This document shows, piece by piece, positions 28,723 through 37,883 of a DNA stretch of 64,000 nt. Under the pieces are notes generated by a model. It searched no databases and was not told the DNA's origin. It saw nothing but the letters and a program-made list of their open reading frames with translations. Each line of letters opens with the position of its first letter. The first letter of the stretch is position 1. The stretch lies in the IMG/VR virus record IMGVR_UViG_3300011008_000002; one strand, given 5' to 3'. This stretch comes from a virus (lineage: Duplodnaviria; Caudoviricetes). The translations under genes and the position numbers were made by a program.

Positions 28723-31011
28723 TTATGACGCTTCCATATAAAACTCAACCTGACTCTGAAGTTCATCTGCTAACTGCTCAACAAACCCTTCAAAGTTTTC
28801 TTCTAAGCCGACATATAGCTCACCAGACTCCAGATTATCAAGTCTTTCTCTCGCCAAATCTCTTGCGATAACATATCGCATTTCATCGGTAGTGCAGATA
28901 TACTTTCGTCCATTATAAATATGGGTTTTGATACCGGGTTCATCAGACAAATCAATGATGTCATATTCTGCACTAAGCTCATACCCCATCTGGAGTAAGT
29001 GAACTTCCAACATTTCGACATTCTTATTTGTCATTAACCCTGTTACTGGTAAATCATATACCCCTTCATAATTAGACTGTAATGCATCGCCAAGTGCAAG
29101 TCTTGCAACAGGAGAGTTCCTTTGGAACAAGAATTCCTTAACGATGTATTCAGGGTTCATGAACATCAAGTTATTCTCTGTCTCTTGTCTACCGAAACGA
29201 ACCGGGGTATTAGAATGCCTGATAATAAACTTCTTTGCATCATCACTCTTATCAGGCAATCCATAATTATTAATCGGTCCTGTACTTCTGATAGACAAGC
29301 CCTTCTTCGAGCTTTGTTTCATTTTCATTACATGCATGTAACCAACGTACTCTTTCCGTATCTGCTTTACCCACCTCTGAGTATCTTTCTGCCAGAAATA
29401 GATATCATAAGGCTTTAGGAAATCAAACGTATCATAAGCCTCATTGACGCAATCCCATAACAGTTTCTTATGCCAGAACGACTCGATGTGTACAAAGATA
29501 CCATACTCTTCAACATAGTCGGTGAAATATGTCATCTTCTCTTTCTTGGTTTTGCACGATTCTCGATAATCTTCTTCGACCTTTCTCGCCTGATCTTCAT
29601 TATAGATATTGAGGAATTTGAAGAATATTCTCTCCTTCTCTTTAAGGTCACTAATTGTCTTCAAATGTTCCCTTATCTGACGAGCTTGGGCTGTGATAGA
29701 TTGTTCATAAAGCTGAAAGATATTTAATCTGTTTGGAACCCCGAGTGAGTCAAAGATAACATCCACAACCTCACCATTACCGAAATGAGGCATTTCTTTC
29801 GTTGGACGTATCTCAGATATAACACCTTTGTTCCCATATCTTCCAACCAGCTTCTGACCTTTAGTGAGACCAACCTTTCTCTTTACAAGGAAGTAGATTA
29901 CGATATTTGAGAAAGGAGAACCATTGTCATCCTTAATCTTATATCCATCTTCCTCACTCTTGTTCAATAGCTCTTTTGTGCGTTTGTTCCATGTTTTGAT
30001 AGCTGTCGATACATTATACCCTGCATCAATTAATTCTTGGGTTGCTTCCAAAACAGCCTGATGGAACTCAATGTCCATGTCAATATAGTTTAGTATCTGT
30101 TGATTATACTCCGTTTCAACTAATTCGCTCCTTTGCTTATTGCAGAATATATCAATATCCACAATCGTGCCAGAGTTATAGAAATTAGTATCAGACTGCA
30201 TTGTCTTCTTCATATTTGAAGTCTTCATATCATACAGTATCTGAGAAGTATTAAGCATCTTCCAAATAGCAAGTTTGTTATTCTTAATATCCTCTCCAAT
30301 ATCAGGGAAACACTTATACTTCGTATCATCACCATATGCATTTCCCAAGAAATTGTTTTCATTGATGGTTACTTTTACAAGTTCCACCTCTGTCGATATG
30401 AATGACTTTGCAAACCGATCAGATACTACAATCGCATCCTCAATCGAAAACATATCCAACCGATACATAAAGTTCACATTTTGACCAAACCCGTAATTAT
30501 CAAACTTATCATACGATGTCGGTCTAGTGAGTGTTGTTCCCTTCTTAATCACATCTCCCTCAGATAATTCATCAAGTACATGATGGTCATACTGAAAACC
30601 ATATTTCTCAGGAAGATTTTGAACATCCTGCTTATATATCAAATCATATTCATCACGGTCTCTGTTATAGAAGATGATGATTGCAGGTTGTACTTTACTG
30701 GATATATTCAATTTAGGAAATTTCGGAATAATTCTCCAAACATCCAAATCTCCTTTTGCTGTAATGTTATAAGTAGACCGATGACCGAACATATTCTCCG
30801 AATTTGTAAACACAAACGGAAATTCAGTATGGTCTACTACCACCCTCTGAAGTTGGTGGTTTGTATCCATAATCGTTCTCGGAGAGTCCATATAAGCAGG
30901 ATAAGTAAGTGATGCTAATCCGAGTATTGAATTATCACCCTGATATTGCTTATCCTTCTCCATCAGTTCGTTCAAAACTGAACGACTCTTGCTCCGTGTT
31001 ACTGCTGCCAT
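28723..31011 (-). CDS. rpoB: Phage RNA polymerase beta subunit, C-terminal part (probably non-virion RNAP)
   Basis: IEDAIVVS, GQKLVGRYGNKGVIS, DVIFDSLGVPNRLNIFQ, GYMHVMKMKQ and VRFGRQE motifs. Confidence 0.93.
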   Translation of the reverse strand: MAAVTRSKSRSVLNELMEKDKQYQGDNSILGLASLTYPAYMDSPRTIMDTNHQLQRVVVDHTEFPFVFTNSENMFGHRSTYNITAKGDLDVWRIIPKFPKLNISSKVQPAIIIFYNRDRDEYDLIYKQDVQNLPEKYGFQYDHHVLDELSEGDVIKKGTTLTRPTSYDKFDNYGFGQNVNFMYRLDMFSIEDAIVVSDRFAKSFISTEVELVKVTINENNFLGNAYGDDTKYKCFPDIGEDIKNNKLAIWKMLNTSQILYDMKTSNMKKTMQSDTNFYNSGTIVDIDIFCNKQRSELVETEYNQQILNYIDMDIEFHQAVLEATQELIDAGYNVSTAIKTWNKRTKELLNKSEEDGYKIKDDNGSPFSNIVIYFLVKRKVGLTKGQKLVGRYGNKGVISEIRPTKEMPHFGNGEVVDVIFDSLGVPNRLNIFQLYEQSITAQARQIREHLKTISDLKEKERIFFKFLNIYNEDQARKVEEDYRESCKTKKEKMTYFTDYVEEYGIFVHIESFWHKKLLWDCVNEAYDTFDFLKPYDIYFWQKDTQRWVKQIRKEYVGYMHVMKMKQSSKKGLSIRSTGPINNYGLPDKSDDAKKFIIRHSNTPVRFGRQETENNLMFMNPEYIVKEFLFQRNSPVARLALGDALQSNYEGVYDLPVTGLMTNKNVEMLEVHLLQMGYELSAEYDIIDLSDEPGIKTHIYNGRKYICTTDEMRYVIARDLARERLDNLESGELYVGLEENFEGFVEQLADELQSQVEFYMEAS

Positions 31012-31348
31012 TTGTTTCTTCCTCCATTCTTTCCTTTTTGTACCTCTTTACTTTAATTACGAATTGCTTGTGCTTATATCCGTAGATATAGATACCACAA
31101 TGATTACAACCTTCAATGTCTCTAATCACACATTCCTTGCATAATTCTTGAAAGTCGTCATCATCTGATATATTTGACACATCAAATTCGTCTTCGTCAC
31201 CTCCTTTAGTATCATAATCTGTTGATGTTTCCTCTGTTGATGTTAGTGAACCGTAAGAAGCTAATACCGGTCCACTAACTATAGAGGGTTCTCGTTTATT
31301 GAGTTTCAAAGGAGTTATTGCAACACCAGTAGGTGTCTTATTATCCAT
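30950..31348 (-). CDS. Small acidic protein with CxxC-CxxC motif
   Basis: CKEC...CNHC; AGGAGG RBS; early promoter at 31373. Confidence 0.65.
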   Translation of the reverse strand: MDNKTPTGVAITPLKLNKREPSIVSGPVLASYGSLTSTEETSTDYDTKGGDEDEFDVSNISDDDDFQELCKECVIRDIEGCNHCGIYIYGYKHKQFVIKVKRYKKERMEEETNGSSNTEQESFSFERTDGEG

Positions 31349-31372
31349 TTGATATCCCTCCTCTATTCTATC

Positions 31373-31383
31373 GTTAATATAGT
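31373..31383 (-). promoter_or_regulatory. Early promoter motif
   Basis: Minus strand ACTATATTAAC. Confidence 0.6.
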
Positions 31384-31396
31384 TATAACCAAATTT

Positions 31397-32656
31397 TTAG
31401 TCAACTCCATTTAAGATACTACGTATGAGCTCTTTTTCCTGAAGTTTTCCTGTAGCGTTGTTTTCAGCAAGTTCAGATTCCTTTGTTGTGTCAATTACAG
31501 GTATAAGGTTCATTAATGGTTCCTTACATTCCCTAAATAACGCAGCAACAATTTCCGGACGCTCTCTGAACTCCTTAGCCATAATACGAGTATCAAACTT
31601 GACATCAGGCATAGACCCAAAGTAACAACTAGGATTTCTTCCAAGAATTAGACCGGAATCTTTTGCAAAATCAAACAGAGTCAATTTTGAATCAAATCCT
31701 TCTTCTTGGATGAATTCCATCATACAAGAAAAACCACCCTTTGATGTACGGGATTTGATTACATATGCTTCTGTTGGTACCCCATTCCATCCATTAACTT
31801 CTTCTGTTTTGATATCGTCCTTGGTTGTATGAGGACGGAAATATATGATAGAAGAAGTAAGAAGCTTTGACTTTGCCCCACCTGCCATATACTTACCATT
31901 TGGCATAAATGTCATCTGTTTTGGTTTCGGCATACCACGCATATCGGGCATAGCATCGTCAAGGTGACTGATTACGAATACATTGATGTTATATTTGTAC
32001 ATATACTCCAACGCATTTCTGAAGAACATACCGTTGTATATCGCTGTACGACCACCACTTGTCAGTCCATTGATAACATCTTGAGCCTCTTTTTCAGAAG
32101 TAAACTTCATCAACGAGTCAATGATGACCACTGTCGGTACATAGTATTTGTATTCATTTCCCCATATATCATATTGACCCGTATTATAAAGGAACCTATC
32201 TCCGCCAGCTTTCTTTTGTTCGCTAACCTCTATAATCTCTGCAAGAACATTTTCCCAAGTGGAGTTTTCCCTCTCGATGTTGTAACAATCTGCAATTTTC
32301 TGCTCGCTCCAACCAGTAAGTACCTTAACACGGTCATATGATGTACTCTTTTCACCATCTCTATGGATAACATAAGCTAAATCTCCAAATGGCTCTACTA
32401 TATTTGCAGCTGCTTGTATAGCCGCTGATGTTTTACCACTGGATGTCTGTCCACAAAATATTGTGAAAGTACCTGCTGGTACTCCTTTATGAACGTCTCT
32501 ATAAATTGTACCATCAGGTAATTTACGAATATAAACCGCTCCTAGTTTTTCATCTAGGAGTGGAAATCCTAATGGATACGATATAGAGACTATATTACTT
32601 GTAAACAAGCCTTTCTTTTCATTAGCAACTTTTATATCGTGCAATGCACTTGCCAT
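31397..32656 (-). CDS. recA: RecA/UvsX-like recombinase
   Basis: Walker A GQTSSGKT, DGEKS, Walker B VIIDSL, AGG and KSR motifs. Confidence 0.9.
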   Translation of the reverse strand: MASALHDIKVANEKKGLFTSNIVSISYPLGFPLLDEKLGAVYIRKLPDGTIYRDVHKGVPAGTFTIFCGQTSSGKTSAAIQAAANIVEPFGDLAYVIHRDGEKSTSYDRVKVLTGWSEQKIADCYNIERENSTWENVLAEIIEVSEQKKAGGDRFLYNTGQYDIWGNEYKYYVPTVVIIDSLMKFTSEKEAQDVINGLTSGGRTAIYNGMFFRNALEYMYKYNINVFVISHLDDAMPDMRGMPKPKQMTFMPNGKYMAGGAKSKLLTSSIIYFRPHTTKDDIKTEEVNGWNGVPTEAYVIKSRTSKGGFSCMMEFIQEEGFDSKLTLFDFAKDSGLILGRNPSCYFGSMPDVKFDTRIMAKEFRERPEIVAALFRECKEPLMNLIPVIDTTKESELAENNATGKLQEKELIRSILNGVD

Positions 32657-32678
32657 GATTTTGCACCTCCTTATTTAA

Positions 32679-32691
32679 TTAAGAGTTTGTA
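32679..32691 (-). promoter_or_regulatory. Late promoter motif (TACA variant)
   Basis: Minus strand TACAaactctTAA immediately upstream of the recA RBS. Confidence 0.45.
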
Positions 32692-32735
32692 TCTGGCATT
32701 TTCGTTCTTTAGAAATCGCAAAAAATAAAAGCTCA

Positions 32736-32764
32736 GGGAGAGGTATAAAGTTCATACCTCTCCC
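32736..32764 (-). terminator. Intrinsic terminator
   Basis: GGGAGAGGTAT/ATACCTCTCCC plus TTTTATTTTTTG on the minus strand. Confidence 0.75.
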
Positions 32765-32790
32765 GTTCGCCTCACACGCCGATATTAATG

Positions 32791-33681
32791 TTATCTATTT
32801 CCATTCTTGCGAAAGTTCTTATTGTTATTACTTCCGTTGTTCTGGAAGTTCTTGAACTTAGGGTTGCTCCCCTTGTTAAATTGCTTTTTGTTATTGCCAT
32901 CGTAATTCTTTCCGGGCTTACCCATCATACGATCTGCGATATCTTTCGTATTGATCGGCGGATTATTATTTGCCCGTTTCCTTTCTTCAGCCTTCTTAGC
33001 CCTGATTTCTTCGGACTGCTTCAGATAATCATAGGCTTCCTGAATTTCAACGTCTTCTAACGTATTCTTGAAAATCTTTCCCTCTGTCCGTGTAGACAGT
33101 TTGGAAGCGGATATCACCGTACCATCCTGCTCAACGCACATGTAAACAGGGAACTTCAAGTTTGACCATATAGGCCATTTCACCAAAGAGCAGATGATTG
33201 TGTAATCACCCACCTTTCCGATTATAGGTCTTGTCGTCAAATTCCTCTCATCAATGAGCAACCTGGTATTATCCGACGTATCAGTAATGAAGATAATCAT
33301 ATCTCTCGGATACCTCTTCTGTCCCTTATCTTCTGGGTTAATTTCAGGCTGCGGGACTATATTGATGGGAAGAAGTTTGCCTTCATCCTCGTTCTGTTCT
33401 AATGCTACCTTCTGATCCTTTATAAAGTATGCAATCTCTGTAACCTTATCAGTGAACACATTGGCAGAAACCCTCGACTCGTCCTTTTCAGTAGAGTTCG
33501 TTACCTTACCAAGGTTCTCGATTGACTTCCTCAATGACAAGTTGAGGTTCGGTAAAACTGAGGAAAGAATATCAACCTCGGTTTCAGGAAACTCTAACAT
33601 CACCGCAGTATTGTCTCCATTCCTCTCTGTAACAATTTTGATTGTGTCTTCCTTTTTAGAAAGATTCTTGATGAATAACAT
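32791..33681 (-). CDS. Hypothetical protein with Asn/Lys-rich disordered C-terminal tail
   Basis: AGGAGG RBS; tail KNYDGNNKKQFNKGSNPKFKNFQNNGSNNNKNFRKNGNR. Confidence 0.8.
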   Translation of the reverse strand: MLFIKNLSKKEDTIKIVTERNGDNTAVMLEFPETEVDILSSVLPNLNLSLRKSIENLGKVTNSTEKDESRVSANVFTDKVTEIAYFIKDQKVALEQNEDEGKLLPINIVPQPEINPEDKGQKRYPRDMIIFITDTSDNTRLLIDERNLTTRPIIGKVGDYTIICSLVKWPIWSNLKFPVYMCVEQDGTVISASKLSTRTEGKIFKNTLEDVEIQEAYDYLKQSEEIRAKKAEERKRANNNPPINTKDIADRMMGKPGKNYDGNNKKQFNKGSNPKFKNFQNNGSNNNKNFRKNGNR

Positions 33682-33726
33682 TTGTATTCCTCCTGTTGTT
33701 TGTATGTGTTATTTGCTGTCTGCAAA

Positions 33727-33739
33727 TTATCTTTTTGTT
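33727..33739 (-). promoter_or_regulatory. Late promoter motif
   Basis: Minus strand AACAaaaagaTAA. Confidence 0.55.
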
Positions 33740-33800
33740 ACAGCCTTTATATAAAATAAATAGGGAGCCAATGTAGTATCAACTCCCTATTTACTAAGCT

Positions 33801-34025
33801 TTATAAGAAGTTCATGTCAACTGCTTCCCACAACGAAAACCCTGCTCTGAACTTACCCAACTGTTCAACTAGGTCTTCGTACGAATGGGAAAGTCTCACA
33901 GCCTCAGTCACGATTGATTTATCTTCATTACCATTGAACAGAAGTAACCTATATGGTTCATCACTGTTGGTATTGGAATGAATTATTGTGTAATGCTGTT
34001 CGTCATTGTACTCAACTACCTGCAT
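33801..34025 (-). CDS. Small hypothetical protein (74 aa)
   Basis: Start moved to MQVVEY, preceded by GGAGGG. Confidence 0.65.
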   Translation of the reverse strand: MQVVEYNDEQHYTIIHSNTNSDEPYRLLLFNGNEDKSIVTEAVRLSHSYEDLVEQLGKFRAGFSLWEAVDMNFL

Positions 34026-34179
34026 TTTCACCCTCCACAACAACGGCTCCGAATATTCTCTGAATCTCAAGGAACTCATCAAGGTTGATCAAGCAACCAA
34101 TTTTATGGTCAACAATAGATCTCAGTTCCTCATAAAAAGACTCATCAATATCTGCGTTGAATTTTACGGTTACTGTCAT
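34012..34179 (-). CDS. Small hypothetical protein (55 aa), missing from the ORF track
   Basis: MTVTVKFNADIDESFYEELRSIVDHKIGCLINLDEFLEIQRIFGAVVVEGENAGS*; AAGGGGGA RBS; fills an operon gap. Confidence 0.7.
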   Translation of the reverse strand: MTVTVKFNADIDESFYEELRSIVDHKIGCLINLDEFLEIQRIFGAVVVEGENAGS

Positions 34180-34191
34180 AATCAGTCCCCC

Positions 34192-35370
34192 TTATGCAAG
34201 ATAGCTCATGACTTCCTTATCATCCATCGCTGCCAGAAGTCCTTTGCGAACATTCTCATACTTACGTGCGTCTTCGCTATTGAACATCGTATTCGTCGTT
34301 CCCTTATCCTTACGATATCCTGCAACAAACTTAAACACATAAGCAATCCTGTCGATATCCAGAGCATCAAGCTTCATATAAAGCATCTTCTTGAATTCTT
34401 CATATACCGCTCTCTGAACATCACCCTCAAGTTCACTATCTTTCTTCGGTTCACTTGCGAGATACTTCCCGATGATTTTCACTCCAGTATTATTCTTACC
34501 GAAGAATTCATCATACAACATTCCTTGTACTTCCCAATTCAGAACGTCGATGTTATCCTCTGCATGAAGCAACATCTTGTCGAGGAACCTCGGGAAGAAC
34601 GCATCAATGTTTGCCGAATTCCACTCACTACCAATCATCGGAATTGCAATCGTAAGGTCAAGAATCAAATCCCTTGTTACACCAGTTGCAATTGCGATTT
34701 GAGTAATCTCCGAACTCCACATCCTCGGAAGAATTTCAGTCGCATACAACCTAATAACATCATTGTGCATTCTGTCATAGTTGGTTTCAAGTGCAACTGA
34801 CAACAGGAAACCAATAGACCTCCAAATCTTATCATACGTTCCATCATCGTCAGCCCAAATCTGACTCTCCAAGACCTTCTTCAGTATCTTAGCAAAATGA
34901 TTGGTCGTTGCTATCTTTACGAGCTTATTCGCAGCATCAACATAAGCCGGTGTTACCTTTTGGCTATAATAGCTACGAATGTGACGAACCGCCTCAGGAA
35001 ACTCATCAATCATAATATCTTGAAGCTTCCTGTAGTCATCAATGTTATCCTCAAAGAGTTGGCAGAACTTCAAGATATCTTCAGCACGATTATCCTTCCT
35101 AGTATCCTGGAATTCATCATTACCATCGCTCTCTACCGCATCCATCCCATCCCTCAGATAGCTTGAAGCCGAATAGCTGTAGTTCAATGCTCCATAAGAA
35201 TGGGAGTCATTCCTGTTGTTACGGTTGTCCCTGTTATCACGGTTCCTATTATTAAAACCGCCGTTGTTGTTGCGATTGTTGTTCCTATCTCTACGGTTGT
35301 TATTATTACCACCGTTGTTCGTAGTCAACCTTTCATTCGCAAGAGTTGCGTGTCCGTTCATGATACTCAT
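34192..35370 (-). CDS. Helical protein with N-terminal Asn/Arg/Asp low-complexity region
   Basis: NNGGNNNNRRDRNNNRNNNGGFNNRNRDNRDNRNNRND; strong RBS and codon bias. Confidence 0.85.
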   Translation of the reverse strand: MSIMNGHATLANERLTTNNGGNNNNRRDRNNNRNNNGGFNNRNRDNRDNRNNRNDSHSYGALNYSYSASSYLRDGMDAVESDGNDEFQDTRKDNRAEDILKFCQLFEDNIDDYRKLQDIMIDEFPEAVRHIRSYYSQKVTPAYVDAANKLVKIATTNHFAKILKKVLESQIWADDDGTYDKIWRSIGFLLSVALETNYDRMHNDVIRLYATEILPRMWSSEITQIAIATGVTRDLILDLTIAIPMIGSEWNSANIDAFFPRFLDKMLLHAEDNIDVLNWEVQGMLYDEFFGKNNTGVKIIGKYLASEPKKDSELEGDVQRAVYEEFKKMLYMKLDALDIDRIAYVFKFVAGYRKDKGTTNTMFNSEDARKYENVRKGLLAAMDDKEVMSYLA

Positions 35371-35459
35371 AATAGTACCCTCCTTTTGAGTTGTATGATG
35401 TTTACGATTATATAGATAGACGAGGTAAGTTTTTTACCTCGTCTAAGTATATACGAATG

Positions 35460-35470
35460 TTAAATATAGT
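35460..35470 (-). promoter_or_regulatory. Early promoter motif variant
   Basis: Minus strand ACTATATTTAA. Confidence 0.5.
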
Positions 35471-35483
35471 TCTGAGAAGTGGA

Positions 35484-36743
35484 TTACTTTCCTTTCTTCT
35501 CCATGAACTCCTTAAGGAGTTCTTCCTTGCTCTTTGCCCCACCCTGTCCGGTGACTTTCACAATCTTAGACTCCTCAGCAAACGACTGCTTCGCTGTCAC
35601 GTTCTGAAGCCTCGATGTGGTATCAAGCCTACTGAGTTTCGATTTCGCTGCCTTCCTTCCAAGAATGGAATCTTCCAGTTTCTGAGCCTGAGCGATAATC
35701 CTATCTATAACCATAGCAGGTTCAGTCAAACCAGAAAGCACGATTGCGATGGTTCCATCATCTTCATCAGACAGATTGGAAACATCCTTGATATGAGCAC
35801 CAAACGTATTCTGGATATCCGTTTTCACATCACCCTTGATATCATTGAATTCATCACCCAATGCATACATCAAAGCAGATGCAACGATTTCCCTGTCAGA
35901 TACCAGTTCTGCGTGTGCTGATTCCTCATCAATATTTGCTTTTACAGTCTTGATGATAGAATTGTCTGCAATATCGGAAATCTCCAACCCAGACATACTG
36001 TGTACGAAAATCCTTCCCGGAACAGACAAAACAGTCAACATATCACGCTGGTCAATACCACCTGTCCTTGTAGGAGCAATGTAATCACCCTGAAGTACCC
36101 TGAGATCCTCAACAAATGCATTGTCAAGAAGTTCAGCAGCCTTATTCGGAGTGATCTTACCACCATTTACTGTTGTCTTCCCAACGTAACGATTGTTATC
36201 ATAAATCATATACGTAGGGTTCAGTTCGCCGACTTCACGCAGCCAGTTCTTGGTACCTTCAAATGCAGCAGTTCCTTCATCACTAAACGGAAGAACACCT
36301 GCAATGATAAGTACCTTGGTCGGATATATTTTCTGAAGCAACTCCAACAACTCAGTCGACGACCCAGACCCATATCCGCCACCAGTACTGGTAGCAATCA
36401 CAATCACATCGTTCCCTTCAATTACCTTCTGGAATTTGCTATCCAAAGCCAGTCCAGAATCAGAAAGGAAAAACTGTTTAGCCTTCTCTCTGTCCTTACC
36501 AGTGCCCTTTCCATCGCCGACAGAGAATTTGATAATCTTAGGGCAGGATATCAAGTCAAGATCCTTCTGGGAACCATTAATGGCAATCCCATCTAAACCC
36601 AACGCGTTACAAGCCATGTCAGCCATAACGCAACCGCAGTTACCTGTACCAATTACTGCAATTTTCAGTAGCTTTTCCTCCTCGATAGGAGCCTGTACAT
36701 TTGTCTCTACAGGTGTGGTTTCAACTCTCTTCTCTTCAGACAT
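35484..36743 (-). CDS. FtsZ/tubulin-family GTPase (PhuZ/TubZ-like)
   Basis: KIAVIGTGNCG, AIN, GKGTGKD, STGGGYGSG, LPFSDEG, YDNN and T7-loop-like GIDQRDM. Confidence 0.92.
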   Translation of the reverse strand: MSEEKRVETTPVETNVQAPIEEEKLLKIAVIGTGNCGCVMADMACNALGLDGIAINGSQKDLDLISCPKIIKFSVGDGKGTGKDREKAKQFFLSDSGLALDSKFQKVIEGNDVIVIATSTGGGYGSGSSTELLELLQKIYPTKVLIIAGVLPFSDEGTAAFEGTKNWLREVGELNPTYMIYDNNRYVGKTTVNGGKITPNKAAELLDNAFVEDLRVLQGDYIAPTRTGGIDQRDMLTVLSVPGRIFVHSMSGLEISDIADNSIIKTVKANIDEESAHAELVSDREIVASALMYALGDEFNDIKGDVKTDIQNTFGAHIKDVSNLSDEDDGTIAIVLSGLTEPAMVIDRIIAQAQKLEDSILGRKAAKSKLSRLDTTSRLQNVTAKQSFAEESKIVKVTGQGGAKSKEELLKEFMEKKGK

Positions 36744-36899
36744 ACTCTTTTACCTCCTTATGATTTTTCTGTAAGTATGTTTGTTTTTGGTTTATTCAAC
36801 CAATGACTCATAACTGGGGTTGCACCAGTTGTTCACACAACTTATATCGGTGTGAACAGTTTCTACCTCTTATGAGCATATTAGATATCTCTGTATATC

Positions 36900-37050
36900 A
36901 AAAGTATTACCAGAGGAGAAGAACTCTCCTCTGGTTTTGTACGGGTGAAATACTCCCTATACGTGATGACTAACTGTCGCCGTACATTAATTACCGTAAA
37001 CATACATACATACATACAGAAGAAGGTAATTTGTCATCACAGGTTTCTAT
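36900..37050 (-). ncRNA. Candidate sRNA with a (TGTA)n anti-RBS loop
   Basis: Early promoter at 37057; stems 36963-70/37033-40 and 36989-95/37025-31 enclose the repeat; terminator-like hairpin 36909-36935. Confidence 0.45.
37001..37018 (+). repeat. (CATA)4CA tetranucleotide repeat
   Basis: catacatacatacataca read directly. Confidence 0.9.
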
Positions 37051-37056
37051 CACGAC

Positions 37057-37067
37057 TTTAATATAGT
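37057..37067 (-). promoter_or_regulatory. Early promoter motif ACTATATTAAA
   Basis: Exact consensus. Confidence 0.65.
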
Positions 37068-37124
37068 TATAAAAAATGAAATAAGGATGCGGTTGTAGTT
37101 CTTGCCGCATCCCATTTTGTTTCA

Positions 37125-37310
37125 TCAACCGTTCGGCTTATCATCCTGCTCTTCTCTGGTGTATCCTACCATAGTCGGTCCGACATTGGCAGCCGGTATG
37201 GACTCAATTCCCGCAACTTCCATCGTTGCCGCAAGCCCCGGTAATACTCCACTGGTTGGAGCCTGATTATCCTCTGAGATTGGTGAAACGTTAATTCCTA
37301 CAACTGACAC
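37125..37310 (-). CDS. Small late protein (61 aa)
   Basis: GTG start with AAGGAGG; TACA-N6-TAA at 37334-37346; terminator at 37085-37112. Confidence 0.65.
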   Translation of the reverse strand: MSVVGINVSPISEDNQAPTSGVLPGLAATMEVAGIESIPAANVGPTMVGYTREEQDDKPNG

Positions 37311-37349
37311 AGTATTGTCCTCCTTATATGATTTTACTTGAATGTATTA

Positions 37350-37883
37350 TCACGCTTCATTTTTCATAATGTTTTCCAATCCTTTATCCTTGAGTTCTTT
37401 CTCAATCTCTTCTGTGATTTTCTTTAGAGCCATCTGTTTTCCGACCCCATCATCGACGAATGGAATTTCACCACGCTTGAACACTCTCGGATTTTTCTTT
37501 TCTTCCCGAAGGCGATCAATTTCGGATTTAGCACTTCTATCATATACGATAAAGCAATCAATCTTGGTAGCTTTCGTACTGGGGTCAATTGACACACAGA
37601 TATTGTCAATAACCCCTTGATAATGAATAGCCAGTTTCATTAGGCTAATGATGCCAATATCTCCAACAATATCGCCGTTCTTTTCTTTCTTAATATTGGT
37701 TATATACCCGATTATATTCGTATCATCCACGATTGTAGGAGTTCCGGGTTTGTGAAGATACTGGTATATAACAGGTATTCTACCTTTCTTCATTCCCGCC
37801 GCATCTTCCAATGCTTTGACAATTGCAAGGTTCATTGATTTTAATTGTCGATTTGTTCGGATAACTACTTCATCCATATTCAA
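37350..37883 (-). CDS. Hypothetical protein
   Basis: Overlaps the stop of the upstream RNAP fragment; GGAGG RBS. Confidence 0.75.
   Translation of the reverse strand: MNMDEVVIRTNRQLKSMNLAIVKALEDAAGMKKGRIPVIYQYLHKPGTPTIVDDTNIIGYITNIKKEKNGDIVGDIGIISLMKLAIHYQGVIDNICVSIDPSTKATKIDCFIVYDRSAKSEIDRLREEKKNPRVFKRGEIPFVDDGVGKQMALKKITEEIEKELKDKGLENIMKNEA

Noticed and set aside
34006-36774. Long plus-strand ORFs (264, 176, 198 and 112 aa)
   Set aside because: Antisense to well-supported minus-strand genes; no RBS or motifs.
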